A DNA stretch of 64,000 bases from Amoebidium appalachense (Eukaryota > Protista > Ichthyosporea). Below the pieces are notes generated by a model. It saw only the letters and a list, made by a program, of their open reading frames with translations, had not been told where the DNA came from and made no database searches. The DNA is taken from contig CAVNZM010000001.1 in the NCBI GenBank assembly GCA_963693365.1, positions 7,766,907-7,830,906 of the forward strand. Reading direction: 5' to 3'. The position numbers and the translations under genes are program-made. This document shows, in pieces, positions 63,887 through 64,000 of the stretch (positions within the stretch are counted from its first letter, which is position 1; every line of letters begins with the position of its first letter).

Positions 63887-64000
63887 CCCCCCCCCCCCCC
63901 CCCCCCCCCCCCCACCACCACCACCACCACCACCACCACACACACACATACACACCCTCCCCATTACTATCAACCCCCCCCCCCCCCCCCCCCCCCCCCC

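Overview
Intron-rich eukaryotic DNA with animal-like genes, most plausibly from a unicellular holozoan (taxon is inference only). The introns are full of poly-C/poly-G, (CA/TG)n and (GA/TC)n tracts, and these produce almost all of the spurious ORFs in the supplied track. By following GT-AG boundaries and phase I reconstructed four spliced genes. (1) 3022-13832 (-), 13 exons, ~964 aa: a type I membrane protein with signal peptide, beta-helix-like N-terminus, a ZP-like region interrupted by a beta/gamma-crystallin domain and an F-type-lectin/discoidin domain, an RRRR furin-type site and a TM helix; it carries one 1-nt frameshift. (2) 18188-36232 (+), 25 exons, ~742 aa: a microcephalin (MCPH1) orthologue with an extra N-terminal zinc finger and a C-terminal SPEF tail. 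(3) 39356-51431 (-), 14 coding exons, ~816 aa: a DEK-family protein with an inserted HMG box and a Q/M-rich tail. (4) 54987 to the window end (+): coatomer delta (ARCN1). Non-coding features include a dispersed structured intronic element (9 copies, all co-oriented with the host or adjacent gene; the two long copies show covarying stems and hammerhead-like half motifs), several MITEs, minisatellites and tandem duplications of splice sites. All domain calls are by-eye motif recognition, not database searches.
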